DNA of 64,000 nt from the human T2T-CHM13v2.0 reference genome, Homo sapiens. Each line of letters begins with the position of its first letter. Position 1 is the first letter of the stretch. The DNA lies in assembly GCF_009914755.1 (NCBI RefSeq), contig NC_060932.1. One strand, given 5' to 3'. A program made the position numbers and the translations under genes. A model generated the notes under the pieces. That model did not search any database. It saw only the letters and a program-made list of their open reading frames with translations, and had not been told where the DNA came from. Below, in pieces: positions 1-14,727 of the stretch.

Positions 1-142
1 TGTAGTCCCAGCTACTTGAGGCTGAAGTGGGAGGATCACTTGAATCCAAGAGTTCGAGGCTGTAGTGTGCTATAATCCAGCCTGTGAAGAGCCACGGCAC
101 TCCAGCCTGGATAACACAGCAGAGACCCCGCCTCTTAAAAAA
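1..142 (+). mobile_element. Fossil Alu monomer (FAM-like), cut by the window edge
   Basis: Keeps the 7SL-type segment CCTGTGAA(T/G)AGCCAC(T/G)GCACTCCAGCC that dimeric Alus lack; A-rich tail. Confidence 0.75.
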
Positions 143-481
143 CAATATGCCTTGCTAACTAGTTTTGAATACCTGTTTTTGAATAGCAAGTATAACAGGG
201 AAACTAACTGTTCCAAAATGGTTGGTTTAAACGTGATCACCACTTCAATGTTGGGACTCCTCGCAGAAATCAATATATAGGTTCTATGATTGCATATAGG
301 GAGAGAAGTAGGTAAACAATTAGCTCCAAGTATGAAAATAATGCTTAATCTACTGGAAGAAAGCCAAATTCTTTTCTTGATGAAAATGCATTACATGAAA
401 TTTTAAGTCTTTCTGTCTATAGTCTGGTTTTCTTTTGAAATTGCTATTAGCAACACAATATAACATTATAATTAATGGCTA

Positions 482-610
<129 letters not shown>

Positions 611-1314
611 TTAAAAGAAGGTCAAATACATTTTAGTTTCAAGTCTATGTATAAGAAAAACAAATCCCAATTCTCTCTATAAGAAAAATTAAAAAAATAT
701 ATATGTATAACCCACCAAGTTTTAGAAGCCTTAATATTTAATACTTTCACACATTCCAGTACAATCCAAGAATGTAAGTGATTTGGAAATTAACTTGTAT
801 TTAAATTTGAAAAGCATCAATAATCAGCAAATACAATGTAATATGCAGAAGTCACTAAATCAAGTACAGAGGAAAAAATTAGAAATCATGGGCTAGATAG
901 GCATGGGTTTTCATTAGGACCCTGCAACTTACAGGCGGTGTAAACTCTAAAGTTCCCTGACTTCCCTGAGACTCAGTTTCTTTCTCTAATAAAGAATAAT
1001 CTCTCATATAGTTTAAAAATACTAAATAAAAAATAAAAAGTATGTAATGCTAAACACCAATCTAAACACTATCAGCCATATCCAGAACATTAATACCTCA
1101 AAACAACTGACCAAGTCTGTACAAAAAATAGATGGCAAGGAAAAAAAAAATAGGAGGCGGCAAAGCTGTAATAGATTCTCAGGAGACCCATAAGCTATAT
1201 CAACCAGATGCAGTTTGTAGACTTTGTTTAGCCTCAACTCGAACTGGGAGAAAAAAAAAAAAAAAAAAGCCGACATGTCAACTGGGGACATTTGAATGCT
1301 GACTGGCTATCATA

Positions 1315-2918
1315 TAGGCATACCTTGTTTTACTGCACTTTGTTTTACTGAGTTTCGCAGATGCTGAGTTTTTAACAAACCAAAGGTTTGTGGTAACAGT
1401 GCCTTAAGCAAGTCTGTTGGTGCCATTTTCCAACAGCACAAGCTTACTTCATGCCTCTGTGTCACATTTTGGTAATTCTCATGCTATTTAAAAATTTTTC
1501 ATTATTATATTTGTTATGGTGATCTTGATTAGTGATCTTTAAAATTTTTTTCCTTATTTTTTAGTAGACATGGGGGGGCGGGATCTTACTATATTGCCCA
1601 GGCTAGTCTCAAACCCCTGGCCTCAAGTGATTCTCCCACCTAAGCCTCCCAAAGCACTGGGATCATAGGTGTGAACCACTATACCTGGCCCAGTGATCTT
1701 TGATGCTAGTATTTTAATTATTTTGGAGTGCCACAAAGGATGCCCAAATAATATGGGCAAACTTAATCAAGAAATGTTCTGTGTGTTCTGACTGCTCCTG
1801 CCCTCCCCCACCCCCGCAATGTTTCTCCCTCTTCTTGGGCCTCCCTGTTCCTTGAGACACAACTACATTGAAATAAGGCCAATTAATAACCCTACAATGG
1901 CTACTATTTGTTCAAGTAAAATGAAGAGTCACATGTATCTCACTTTAAATCAAAAGCTAGAAATGAATAAGCTTGGTGAAGAAGGCATGCCTAAGCTGAT
2001 TTAGGCTAAAAGCTAGGCCTCTTGCACCAAACAGCCAAGTTTTGAATGCAAAGGAAAAGTTCTTGAAGGAAATGAAAAATGCTACTCTAGTGAACATGAA
2101 TAAGAAAACAAAACTACCTTATTGTTCATATGGAGAAAGTTTCAGTGGTATAGACAGAAAGTTTGGAAGAAATTAACATTAACCCTGATGCATGACTTTG
2201 AGGGGTTCAAGACTTCAGTGGAGGCAGTAACTGCAGATATGGTGGAAAAAGCAAGAGAACTAGAATTAGAAGTGGAGCCTGAAGGTGTAACTAAATTGAT
2301 GCAATCTTGGAATAAAACTTTAACAAATGAGGAGTTACTTCTTATGGATGAGCAAAGAAAGTGGTTTCTTGAGATGGAATCTACTCCTAGTGAAGACACT
2401 GTGAATATTGCTGAAACAACTACAAAGGGTTTAGAATATTCCATAAACTTGGTTGATAAAGCAGTGGTAGGGTTTCAGACGATTAGCTCTAATTTTGAAA
2501 GAAGTTCTACTGCGGGTAAAACGCTATCGGGTAGCATTGTACGCTACAAAGAAATCTCCCATGAAAGAGTCAATTGATGCAGCAAACTTCACTGTTGTCT
2601 TATTTTAAGAAATTGCCGCAGTTACCTCAAACTTCAGCAACCACCACCTGTATCAGTCAGCAGCCATCAACATGGAGGCAAATCCTCCACCAGCAAAAAA
2701 ACTGCAACTTGCTGAAGGCTCAGATGATCACTAGCATTTTTTTGCAGTATTTTTAAGATAAGCTCACTGCTTTTTTAAACATAATGCTATTACTGCACAC
2801 TTAATAGACTACAGTACAGTGTGAACATAACTTTTATAGGCACTGTGAAACCCAAAAATTTGTGTAACTTGCTTTACTGTGGTGGAACCAAACCCACAGT
2901 ATCTCCAAGGTATGTCTA
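1315..2918 (+). mobile_element. Tigger1 DNA transposon with internal deletion
   Basis: TIRs taggcatacct / aggtatgtcta with TA TSDs (1313-1314, 2919-2920). Transposase relics LTLNQKLEM (1819..2004) and DFEGFKTSVE (2122..2577). Confidence 0.92.
1541..1690 (-). mobile_element. Alu left monomer (FLAM) inserted in Tigger1
   Basis: TSD agtgatcttt at 1531-1540 and 1692-1701. Confidence 0.88.
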
Positions 2919-3990
2919 TATTAAGGAATAACTGATAATTTTTTTAAAGGTGTGATGGGTCATGGAGGCTTTAAAAATTCTTTACCTCTAAGAGACAAAT
3001 ATCGAACTATTACAGATGAAATAAGATTATTGTTACTTGATTTAAAATAATCTGGTGGGGGTTGTGAGGTAAGCTGGGGAAACAGATGTAATAAGACTGG
3101 CAATATACTTGTAACTTAAAAAGCTGAATAACTGACATATAAGGTTCATAATCCTAATTTCTCTAGTTATTAGCTATGTTTAAAAATTTCCATAATAAAA
3201 AATTTTCAAATAAAATGTCAAAAAGAGAGAAAAAAGTAAAATAGCTAGATAGAGCCTAGAACTAATCAACACACATGCAGTAACAAAATAGGTCATAACT
3301 TACTCTAATTAGAAGCCACAGATCATTTCAAAAAGCAGAGAAATCTGTAATGGTGTAGAGTTTCTTGGTTGTCAGTTATGCTAATAAGTCACTTGGAAAG
3401 CTACAGTCACGTTCCAACATCATGGCATGATAGCTGGATCGTAAGGGCTTGAGAAAAGGGAAACATAACTACAGTACTCTGCTATAACAGCCATCTCTGT
3501 GTAACTCTCTCCTCTCAAATGTGTGTCATGACAATGACCCTTTGTTGCTCTTCATAAAAAGTTATCTCGTATGTTCATTTAAAACAAAAATAAAAACAAA
3601 CCAGAACAGAATTATGGCTCTGAGTATAGCCTGGCCAATCCAGTAGCTGACTTTAATATATAACTCTGAAAAATATCATGAAGCAACAGTTTACATTCCC
3701 TGCTATCATTATATAACAAGCGTATCTGTTTCAGTTTACGTAAGCTTTGGCCTAAGCTTGTCAAAACTCTCACATCTTAGCTGTGTTAAAGCTGACATCC
3801 ACATGATTTTCTTACAGAAGAACAACTTTCTAGGTTTTATGTTCCATATTTATATACTATCCTATATAAATATATATATGCATTTTAGCTGTTAATGTAA
3901 AACATTCCAAGGAAAACTATACATTTGGAAGCTAATACTACTGCTTATTGCAGACCAAGTCAACAATTTTTTTTAAAAGAAGACACATAC

Positions 3991-4090
3991 TCTAAGTCAG
4001 GCAGTGGCTGATCAAAGTCATGAAATTCTTCAGGTAAAGTAATGGCATTATAAGCTGCTTCCCGATTTTCCTCAGGCAGGTCAACCACAC
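3991..4090 (-). CDS. RAD21: RAD21 coding exon 4 (100 nt, [34 protein letters not shown])
   Basis: Acceptor tttctag|GT (4092-4091) and donor AGA|gtatgt (3990-3989). Phase fits exons 3 and 5. Confidence 0.97.
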
Positions 4091-5208
4091 CTAGAAAAGA
4101 AATGCTAAGCTTAAATATCTAGCTACCCATAAATTATCTAGGGATCAGAGGGAGATAAGTAGGTATAACTTCCTAAGTTTATATTCTCATAGAAAGGTTG
4201 ATAACATATGCAAAATACCTTGAAGCACAAGTACTTCTCTTTTTCCATGCTCATAAATTGTATTCCTTGCTTTAGGAAAAAGTCAAAGCACTAATTATGC
4301 ATTAAGCTCATAAATGTTTAAACGGACATATCAACAAATAACTAGTAATAGTTTCCTAATTAAACATGATATTTATGAGGGGGAAAAAGAATAACTGCAG
4401 AAGAGTACCTTAAATGTTAAAAGGAGCTGGTTATTTTGGAGAAAGAATTACACAATTTTAATTTTCTTTATCTTTTTCCTATATTTTTCAAGTTGTCTAT
4501 AATAAATATGCCTTACTTTGAAAGACAAAAAAAAGCATGTTATTTAGATAAAATGTGCTTATTGGTCACATGTTAATTTAAGTATTGTAGTCTTTTTCTA
4601 AATATTTTACTTTTAAATAAAATCTTAGATCTCAGACATTTTACTGTTCACATACTGACATAAACTGAAGTACTAGAATGTATCCTCAGTAGAAACTGTT
4701 TAAGGCATTTCTTAATAAAATACACATTATTTTAATTAGAATAAAAATTTCATCAATGCTTTTAAAAATTATAGAAAGATATGTGAATTTAAATATTAAT
4801 TATCTTCTTAGATGGTGGTGTGGTTGGCAGACTCCAGTTTTATAACCAATCATTACCTAAAACAAAATAACAAAAAACTACGAAGAATATTTACTTAGGA
4901 AAAAAAGTTTAAAATCCTAAAATTGTCTTTTCTGAGCTATATTTTAAAAAATCATCACATAACAATTAGTTTCCAACATTTTAACCTCTTGATGACTCAA
5001 GTCTATGTAAGCTGCTGAAAAAAGTATTAAAAAGGCAGCTCCAAAGGAAGAACAAATGGGGGTGAGCTCCATTACTTCACAGGGAGAACAGACGCAAGTA
5101 GGTTTCCTCCCTTGAAGCACTGCCTCCCCAAGCCTTGCTCTATCTTTGAAGGGTTCCTCGTATTTCAATTAAAACAAAGCATGTAGATTTAGAAAATGTG
5201 TTTAGCTA

Positions 5209-5409
<201 letters not shown>

Positions 5410-5659
5410 CTATGAATAAAACATTAATCATATTCCAAAACCTGCATTTCGTGCCATTCATAGTCTTCTTTTTATCTTTTTCCTTTAAAGTTGCCTTATA
5501 ATCACATACATTTCTCTGTCCTTACCTATAAATTCCCTGAATATCGAATATCCTGAAAAGACAGAGTGACTGGAAATTCACGAATTAACACAAACATGAA
5601 GGAAGCTAGGAAGCAAGCACTAAACCATTCCATGAATTGTGTCATTAGCACATTAAGGA

Positions 5660-6140
5660 GCACGTAACACTTTTGGTTGCCAATCCAGGGCCATTGTTTC
5701 TTGCTAAGTCAATTCTGATTTTGTTTGAGAAGCAAATGTCCCCCACATTGACAGATGTCTCATTCCTCTCTGCTAATACCTGTTCTTCAGTGGGCATGAA
5801 ACACAGTTCAGCCAATTGAGTAATAGGTGAAGTATGCCAGAGAGTTTCTGAGAAAGATTTCCCCCCCAAAAGAACAACGCCTCTCTTCCTTCCCTCTTTC
5901 CTGCTTTGTGAATAGGTAGGGCTTGCTTGGTGCTTCATGCAGTCACCCTGTAAACCACAATGCTAAAGTATGAGGACAGGAAGCTAACACACTAAGGATG
6001 GAGAGTTCTTGGATGACATAATCAAGCTGCTGGACCAATCTCAGATCTCCCTGTTTCCAAAATTTTAGTTAATTAAGCCTGTTATTTCCCTTATTGTTTA
6101 AGCTACTTTTTAACTAAGTTTCCATTAATTGGAAAGCATA
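5660..6140 (+). mobile_element. Old MaLR LTR (MLT1J/K-like)
   Basis: gggcatgaaacacagttcagccaattgag and ttgtttaagctact resemble MLT1 motifs. Confidence 0.6.
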
Positions 6141-7974
6141 CCGATTTAAAAAAAAAAGTTTGGAAAGCATACTAATTGATAAAGAACAATAGTATCCATA
6201 GCTTTTTTTCACCAGAAAATATACTCCCAACCTTTTTTCGAGGCAGATCTTGATCAACATTAACATGGGATACAGTATGTGGAAAAGCAGTAGTTGATAA
6301 AACAATGAGATAAGACTCTATCTAAACACAAGTATTCAAAATTCCTCTAGCCATAAGGAAAATTTACTGAAAGAACAAGGCAATATGAACTCAAACATCC
6401 CCAGATACTTTCCCAAACCACGCCATAAAGCACAACAAGTTCTAAGGTAACAAAAAAAGCTTTTAAACATTTGCTTAATGTTTAAATTATGATTAGTATA
6501 TTGTTATTTGTAAAAGAAAATGTTGTATTTTAAATTTTATGTGTATTTTCTACAGCACTCTAGGACCCTACTTATGACTCTCAGGTTCTGTATTTATGAG
6601 CATTTTATGTGACTTACAGCATAAATGATGATGTATATGGCCATACATTTTTAGACATCCAAAATTATACCAAATTGGTGATCAAATTCGTGATCAAATT
6701 CAGAATTTATCAGACAATGAATCCCTAATTTTAAAAAAATTCAAAGTAAAATGTTGCTCCTAATGGAAAAACAGAATCTATTTTTATGTGGTGTTATAAA
6801 ATTTAAAATTAATATTGATTGAACCTTCACCTAAGAACAAAGGAGGGAAAAAAAACCTCTGCTATTATCTTATCTAGAACTAGCAACTTTCAAAAAGTGG
6901 TGTTTGGGCAAAAGCTTTCTTTCTGGATTAGTCTGGTTCAGAGTTTAGCCTAGGAGTAGGTAAAATGAGGTATGGCATATGTTTTTGAGCTAGTGTGTGT
7001 TAAAGTGTAAACATAAATATAATAAAGATTCCAGGCTACATATTCTGGGAAAGCTCTGCAAATAGGGCCAGTGGTTCTTCCAGTGGGGGAGTGGAAGAGA
7101 GAAGAGAAAAAGTATGCAAGCTTGCAGCTGCAAATGAGCCACGTGTGACACTTATGCTAAACAACTAAACTGACATTTTCACAACAAGAACTGCACACCA
7201 AAGCAAACATTAGAAATTTCAGGCCCGTTCACTCTGTGGAAATATCTTTACATCCTGTTACCAAATAGATAAAAGCTCAGTTAGAAATGGTTTAAAAAAT
7301 TTGAAGAGAAATCACTTTCTCTCATAAACACATTACAATCTTTTACATTATTCCTGAACTGTCTGCTTTCCTTTGTGGCTGTTCGTGTATATGTTCAATT
7401 ATCAGATTGTCTCATACTCGTTTGTAGTGTCCCTAAAGTGGCACAAAGTACTCGGTACATATCATGAAAAAAATCTGTTATCCTTTTAAGCCACTCAATA
7501 TTTGCTTACGGATGTTAAAGATTAGCCACACATATACTTTCCAGAAAGGAGTACGATTTCTACGTTTTCCATTAACTTATCCCAGTAAGCATACCTATAA
7601 AAAAAAATTGAAAATACCAATGTTCTCATACAATTTGACCAGCAGTGCAAACTGGTATGATCTCACCAGAACAAACTGTTAGTGCATATCACAAATCTCA
7701 AAAACATGTCCATCACTTGGCCTATCAATTATAATCCTAAAAATAAATCTTAAGAAACACTTAAGGGCGTGAACAAACATTTAACAAGAAATGTTTACTA
7801 AATGGCTAGTCTTTAAAAAGAAAATAAAACAACCTGTAATCCTACCATCTACAGAAATCTGTAATAATCTTTTGGTATGCCTTCTAGGCTTTCCTGTGTA
7901 CATGTACACAAGTTTTCTTTGTGTATATACATAAAAACTAACACAATGATTGTTAGAAGGCTGCATCCAGGAAA

Positions 7975-8410
7975 TAGAGCAAAACTTACGAAAAGGCACA
8001 GATTTCTTATAAACACCCCCTTCCTCACACACAGATAATCTTCCCCACAATTGACACCTCCCATCGGTGTTTCATTTATTAAAATCGATAAACTTATATT
8101 AACACATCATTACCAAAAGTCCGTAGTTTACATCAGGGTTCACACGTGGTGTTATACATTTTATTAGTTTGTACAAATGTAAATGGCATTTAACTATTAT
8201 ACTATCATGCAAAACAGTTTTACTGCTCTAAAAAGAATAGTCTGTGCTCTGCCTACTCAACCCTCCATTCTCTCCCCAACCTACCATCTTTTTACTGTCT
8301 CATTTGTATAGTTTTGGCTTTTCCAGAGTGTCCTATAGCTGCAATCATATAATATGTAGCCTTTTTAGATTGGCTTATTATACTAAGTAATACGCATTTA
8401 CAGCACTTCC
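7975..8410 (-). mobile_element. L1MC-like 3' fragment
   Basis: acacatcattaccaaaagtccgtagtttacatcagggttcac resembles an antisense L1MC 3'UTR. Confidence 0.7.
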
Positions 8411-8705
8411 ACGTCGGTTTTTTTTTTTTTTTTGAGACAGGGTCTCAAATAAAAGCTCCTCTGAGGAACAGATCAGTAAACAATATTTGGGCATTGCCCT
8501 GACTGATGCTTATTTGCCATTAAAAATAGGCAAATCAAAATATATGCACTTAGAGATTTTTTTTAAAATCTAATCTGTAATCATATCAAGTCTATCTAGA
8601 GGTGATAAGGACTTCATATAATAAAGAAACATTTCTAAGGATTTTCCTTGCACTCCAATGCCCCTACCTAAAAAAACTGTTTTAGAAGTTCTATTTCACA
8701 TATCA

Positions 8706-8926
<221 letters not shown>

Positions 8927-10202
8927 CTAAGAGGGGAAAAAAAAGTTAATGTAAACATCATCTGACAATTTAAATACTTATCAAGACATAAGAAATTTAA
9001 AATTTTTCTTCTCTCTTTAATATGAAAACTATAAAATGCTTGAGTAAATGTTTAATATGTATTTTAAAAACAACAGATTTAAAACAAATCTATTGTTTTA
9101 ATTTTGAGAGAGGAAAAAAAAATAGACCCCAAAATACTAAGAGCTGAAAGTAAAAGGGACAAGAGTCAAATTGCTTTCATGCCTTGTTTCATTTCTATCT
9201 TGATTGACAGTAGAAATAGTCTGTTTACTGGCCAAGAGCTAGAGAATATATTTTTCATGGCAAGAAAAGAAAATCTATGAAGAAAGATACTCAGGCACAG
9301 ATAAAAATCTGTGGAAATTTCCATTTTTAGAATGCCATTAAAAATCGCGATTCTGGGATAAATTATCTGTAAAATTGCTACTACACGAAAAGTACTGTAC
9401 TAAGCATTTCATATTCCACCAAGCAAAGCTAAGCAGATGGGCTGGCCCCATTTTACAGGTGGGTAGTTTAGAAAAATCGAAGTTCAAAAAAGGTAAAGAA
9501 TTATATATATAGTTTTCTTAACTTAAGAACTTACAAAGCATTTATCTACTTATAATTTAAATATTAAATCAGGGACAATGGTACAGCAGATTTATCTTAT
9601 GACTGAAAGTCTTGGAATCACAAATATGTTACTGACATTCTACTTTCCTTCAGCACTCTAATGTATTAAGAAAGGCCGCTTGAAAACCCCAGTTCAGAAG
9701 AGTACATTAACTGCAGGATATTTCCTTTATATCATTTAATTCCCCTCTTTCACGGATTTAAAAGAAATCTACTTCAGAGAATGAATTTCCAGATTTAAAA
9801 CAAATCTATTGTTCTGATTTTTTTCTAAAATGTCCACGACTAGAAAATGATATATGCCTTGCTTTACAGAAATAAAATCAAGTGCATGTACAATACATAA
9901 AATTTTAATTTGAAATAGAGTCACAGGGAGTCATAGATAGCAGGTCCCATGTACTTTTTTAAACCTAGTTTCTCCCAATGGTGACATCTTAAATAACTAC
10001 AATATAGTATCAAAACCAGGGCACTGACATTGATTCAATGTGTCTACAGACTTTTATACCATTTTGTCACATATGCAGATGTGTATAATCACCACTGCAA
10101 AAAGATACACAGCTATTCCATCACTACAAAACTCATCACATTCATCCCTCTCTCTCTGCCATTTCTAAGTCTTGACAAACACCACCTGTTCTACATTTCT
10201 AA

Positions 10203-10373
<171 letters not shown>

Positions 10374-11463
10374 TAATTTTGTTGTTTTGAGAAAATTATA
10401 TAAATGAATCATATGGTATGTGACTTCTTGAAATGGCTTTTTGGATCTAGCACAATGCTTCTGTGATCCAAGTTGTTACGTTTATCAATAGTATATTCCC
10501 TTTTACTGTTGGACAGCATTCCGTGAGATTCATATACCACCATATGCTTGGACATTCACCTATAGAAGGACATTTAGTTGTTTCCAGTTTTTGGCTATTA
10601 CAAATAAACCTGCTATAAATATTCATGTACAGACTTTTGGTGAACATTAAGTTTTCATTTCTCTAGGACAACTGTCCCGAATGTGACTGCTGACAAGTAT
10701 TGTTAAGTATATGTTTAGTTTTTAAAGAATCTTTAATACAATTATCAAAATGAGTTTTTTTATATTTATAGGCAAGATTATCAAATTTATATAGAAAAGC
10801 AAATAAACTAAAAAAGCTAAAACTATTTTGAAAAATAGTGAGAAAAATTAGTCTATTTGATTTCAAGACTTACTATATAGCTATAATACTCAAGATTGGT
10901 ATTAGCAGAGGAAACACAGTCAATGTAACAGAACTGAGAACCCAGAAATAGCCCGCACAACTAAGTTCAACTAATTTTTTTTTTTTTTTACAAAGATGCA
11001 AAAGCTATCTAATGGAGAAATGATACATTTTTCAACAAATGGTGCTGGAGTGATTAAATACGATCTGAAGACCAGAAAACATGCACGCACGCACACACCC
11101 CCCACAAAACAAAAAAGGCAAGGAAAAAACCCTCCACCTAAATCTCACACATTATATAAAAATTCAAAATAGACAAAACTTTTAAAAAATGGCAGAGGGG
11201 AACCTTCAGTACCTAAAGCTTGGTAAAAATTTTGACACATCAAAAACACAACCCATGAAGGAAAAGTTCTTGCTCAATAAACTCGCCTTTATCAAATTAA
11301 ACTTTTGCTCTACGAAAGAAATGCAAAGACAAGCTATAGACTGGGGAAAAAATATTTGTAAACCACACATCTGACTAGAACTCAGATATAGAATATGTAA
11401 AGAATTCTTAAAACTTCAGGGGTAAGAAGAAAAAAAAACTCCAATTAGAAAGTAAGCAAAAGA

Positions 11464-11760
11464 GGCCAGGCAGGCTGGCTCATGCCTGTAAACCCAGCAC
11501 TTTGGCAGGCCAAGACAGGCAGATCACTTGAGGCCAGGAGTTCAAGACCAGTCAGGACAATTTGGCAAAACCCTGTCTCTACTAAAAAACACAGAAACTG
11601 CTACGTGTGGTGGCATGTGCCCGTAATCCCAGCTACTCAGGTGGCTGAGGCAGGAGGATTGCTTGAACCCAGGCTGTGGAGGTTGCAGCGAGCTGAGATC
11701 GCGACACTGCATTCTAGCCTGGGTGACACAGCAAGACTCTGTATAAAAAGAAAAAAAAAA
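11464..11760 (+). mobile_element. AluJ(b)-like full-length dimer
   Basis: Two arms and A tail; degenerate TSD aaagt(a/g)agc(a/c)aaaga. Confidence 0.92.
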
Positions 11761-12405
11761 GTGAGCCAAAGAAGAGAAATTTCACAGAAGAGGTTTACTG
11801 ATGACAAATAAGAACATGAGATGTTCAATTATCCTAGGCATTTGAGAAATACAAATTAAGGCCAAAAACATTATCACCACACACTTAATATAAGAGCTAA
11901 ATTAAAAAATAGTGGCAACATCAAATGCTGAAAGACACAGAGAAGCTGGATCTCTTACACTGCAGGTGGGACTAAAATCTCTTGAATTAGCTTTTCTCTA
12001 AAAGATACAGAGTAATTATTTTTCATTTTTTCACAGTCTGTAAATCTTAAAGAATTTTGCTTACTGTACTTTCAATTAAAAATGTGCCAATTCTTTCCCA
12101 TGATGTAGAGAAAATATATTTTAGTTACGCGTATCACAAGCAACAGATTTCTTACATGTCAAAAATATTTTGGAGGGTGGGGGGCTGTGGTGCAAGACTA
12201 CTACAGTCAGGTTTGCTTTATCTCCATTTCCATCACTTAAGAGTAAAGAGTCTTGAAATTCTCATTCTCTGAATCTAATGTTCCCAAAGGATTATTAATT
12301 CATACTAAAAAAACTTTTTCTCAAAAGAAAAAAAACCAGGCTTTGTCAACTGTCTAATGTTGTAAACTCTTCCTCCCAAATTTGGAGTTAAGGAAGGAAG
12401 AAATT

Positions 12406-12541
12406 GGCTAGCGGTGGTGGCTCACGCCTGCCATCCCAGCCCTTTGGGAGGCCAAGGTAAGAGGAATGCTTGAGGGCAGGAGTTCCAGACCACCCTGGTC
12501 AATATAGCAAGACCCCGTGTTTATTTTTTAAAAAAAAGAAA
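12406..12541 (+). mobile_element. FLAM Alu monomer
   Basis: TSD ttaa(g/a)gaa(g/t)gaagaaat at 12388-12404 and 12542-12558. Confidence 0.85.
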
Positions 12542-13884
12542 TTAAAGAATGAAGAAATACTATATTCTATACTAAGAACTCAGACAAAATATTCTTAAGG
12601 TACGAGCATTAAATAACACCTCAAAGGTGCTTTATTTGCCATTTGTTATTTTATAGATTAAAACATGCTTCCCATACCGGAAGAGAGCCTCCTATGTTTC
12701 AAATCAGTGCCTACTTCAAGCCTTAAAATGTTATCACAAAACTTAAGCTGCTCCTACTATGTTATAAATAAAATCTAGAGAACTTTACAGAAATCCAACA
12801 TAGCAGCATGTTCTGAGAAATATAATCGCTGTTGTACAGGACAAGCCCCAAGTTCCACTATGGAAGCAAGCAACTGTATCCTAAACAAAAAACTCCTTAA
12901 TATTAAGCTTCTAGAATACTATCTGTGGCATGACAATTACTAAATATGTGCTTAATGAATAAGTAAGTAAGATCCACCAAGTGATCTCATAATTGGCATA
13001 TGTAAAAAATTTTAGACGTTTTAAAAATTAAAACTACTGGCATTTTTCAACAGGTGTCAGTAGCTCCTGGCCAGCACTTCAGCTGCTGGTCAGAGCACCG
13101 TGCCTAAAATATCCCAGCTATGCAGAGGCAGAGATTCCTAAACAGAAGCCTGTTTGGCATAGGATGGGGCTAAGGAAGGCAGAGTGATGCTAAAATTAAT
13201 GTGGGAAACAATTAGCAAGAGGAAATCACTCTAATAACTAAAGGAAGCCAAAGGAGCAGTGGTGGATCGACTCCTGGTGTATATCTGAATAAGGAGAAAG
13301 TGTAATTATAATTGCCTTTTAAGCCTATTTTTTTTTCCTTGATAATACCAAACTTCATCCAATCTTTAAAAAAGTCGATTAATCTGTTTAGATTTTGAAG
13401 ATTCTATATTCTGCTAAATCCTTTATGAAAACCCTGTGCAGAAAATCTGCATTTGATACCAGAGCACAACTTAGCATTTCATGATTTGAGAATCATTTTT
13501 TTCTAAAGCGGCAAGCAGTTTTTTTCAATTGACCCTAAAAAATTAAAGTCTGATGTGAAACAGCAGAAAGATTGCTATTTTAGAACATATTCAAGAATAC
13601 AAAAAATGGTAATTTAAGACTGTTTCAAAGAATCAAACTGAGGCTCATGCTTCTAGGATAGTATCAGTCATTACCAATATTTCACTCATTAGAAAGCATG
13701 GCAGGACTGCGGTTGTGTAAATTGGTACTGTCCTCTCTGAAGGACAATATGACAACATTTTATAAAAATTTCACTTACACTTTCTAGCCAGAACTTGCAC
13801 TTTCAGTAATCAATACAAAAGATATACTTGGAGATGCATATTACTAAAGACAAAACCAAAAAACCAAACACGAAAAAATCCTAA

Positions 13885-14075
13885 GAAAACTTACTAAGTA
13901 CTACGTGTTTTATGTATCCAACCTCTTCATGACTGTCCTACAGAAGTAAATTACTGGCCCATTTTAGAGATGGAGAAAACAGATGAAGATAAGTAAATGT
14001 CACTAGTATTTAATGGAAGTGGAACTTGAACTTCAGAATCCACACTTCTAACTACAACACTATGCTGCCTTGCCA
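13885..14075 (-). mobile_element. MIR fragment
   Basis: cccattttagagatggagaaaacaga core-like motif. Confidence 0.6.
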
Positions 14076-14156
14076 GAGCAGAACAGAACATTCGAAATAA
14101 CCTACTTGGCCATCAATAAGTGATATGAAAAATTAATAAACCCAAACAACGGAATA

Positions 14157-14457
14157 TAGTCGGTCCTCCTTATCCATGGCTTCTTGCATCCATGGACTAA
14201 ACCAACCCAGGATCAAAAATTGTTGGAGGGGGGGACAAAAAAACACAATAATAAAAAATACTACTAATAAAAAACTATAACAACTATATTAACTATTAAC
14301 ATAGCATTTACATTGTAATATCATAAATGGAGATGATTTGAAGTATATGGGATGTTAGTAGGTTATATGCAAATACTACACTATTTCATATAAGCGACTT
14401 GAGCATTCGTGGTTTTGGTTCTGGAACCAATTCCCCTTTAATATCAAGGGACAATTG
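14157..14457. mobile_element. MER2 (TcMar-Tigger non-autonomous element)
   Basis: Ends tagtcggtcct / agggacaattg flanked by TA; internal gacttgagcattcgtggttttgg. Confidence 0.8.
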
Positions 14458-14684
14458 TACAGTACAACTTTAAACAAGAATACAACATTTGTACTAACAT
14501 GGAAAATCTCCAGGTTAAGTGCAAAAAAGTTGGAGTTTTAAAAAAGAATGCTCTTTCTCTATATATTTACGAGTTCTTGAATAAGCTTAAAATACCTGTG
14601 GCGTACACATGAAACTGGTGATACTGGTTACCTCTGGAAAGTAGGTATGCAGGGCAAGTGAGGCCTACCTTTTTGTACTGTTTG

Positions 14685-14696
14685 ATATATATATAT

Positions 14697-14727
<31 letters not shown>

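Larger units (their letters stand above)
1060..3240 (+). mobile_element. Old L1M (L1MC/L1ME-like) 3' end, split by Tigger1
   Basis: gactggctatca-TA|TA-ttaaggaataactgataatt reads through the insertion like an L1M 3'UTR consensus. Confidence 0.6.
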
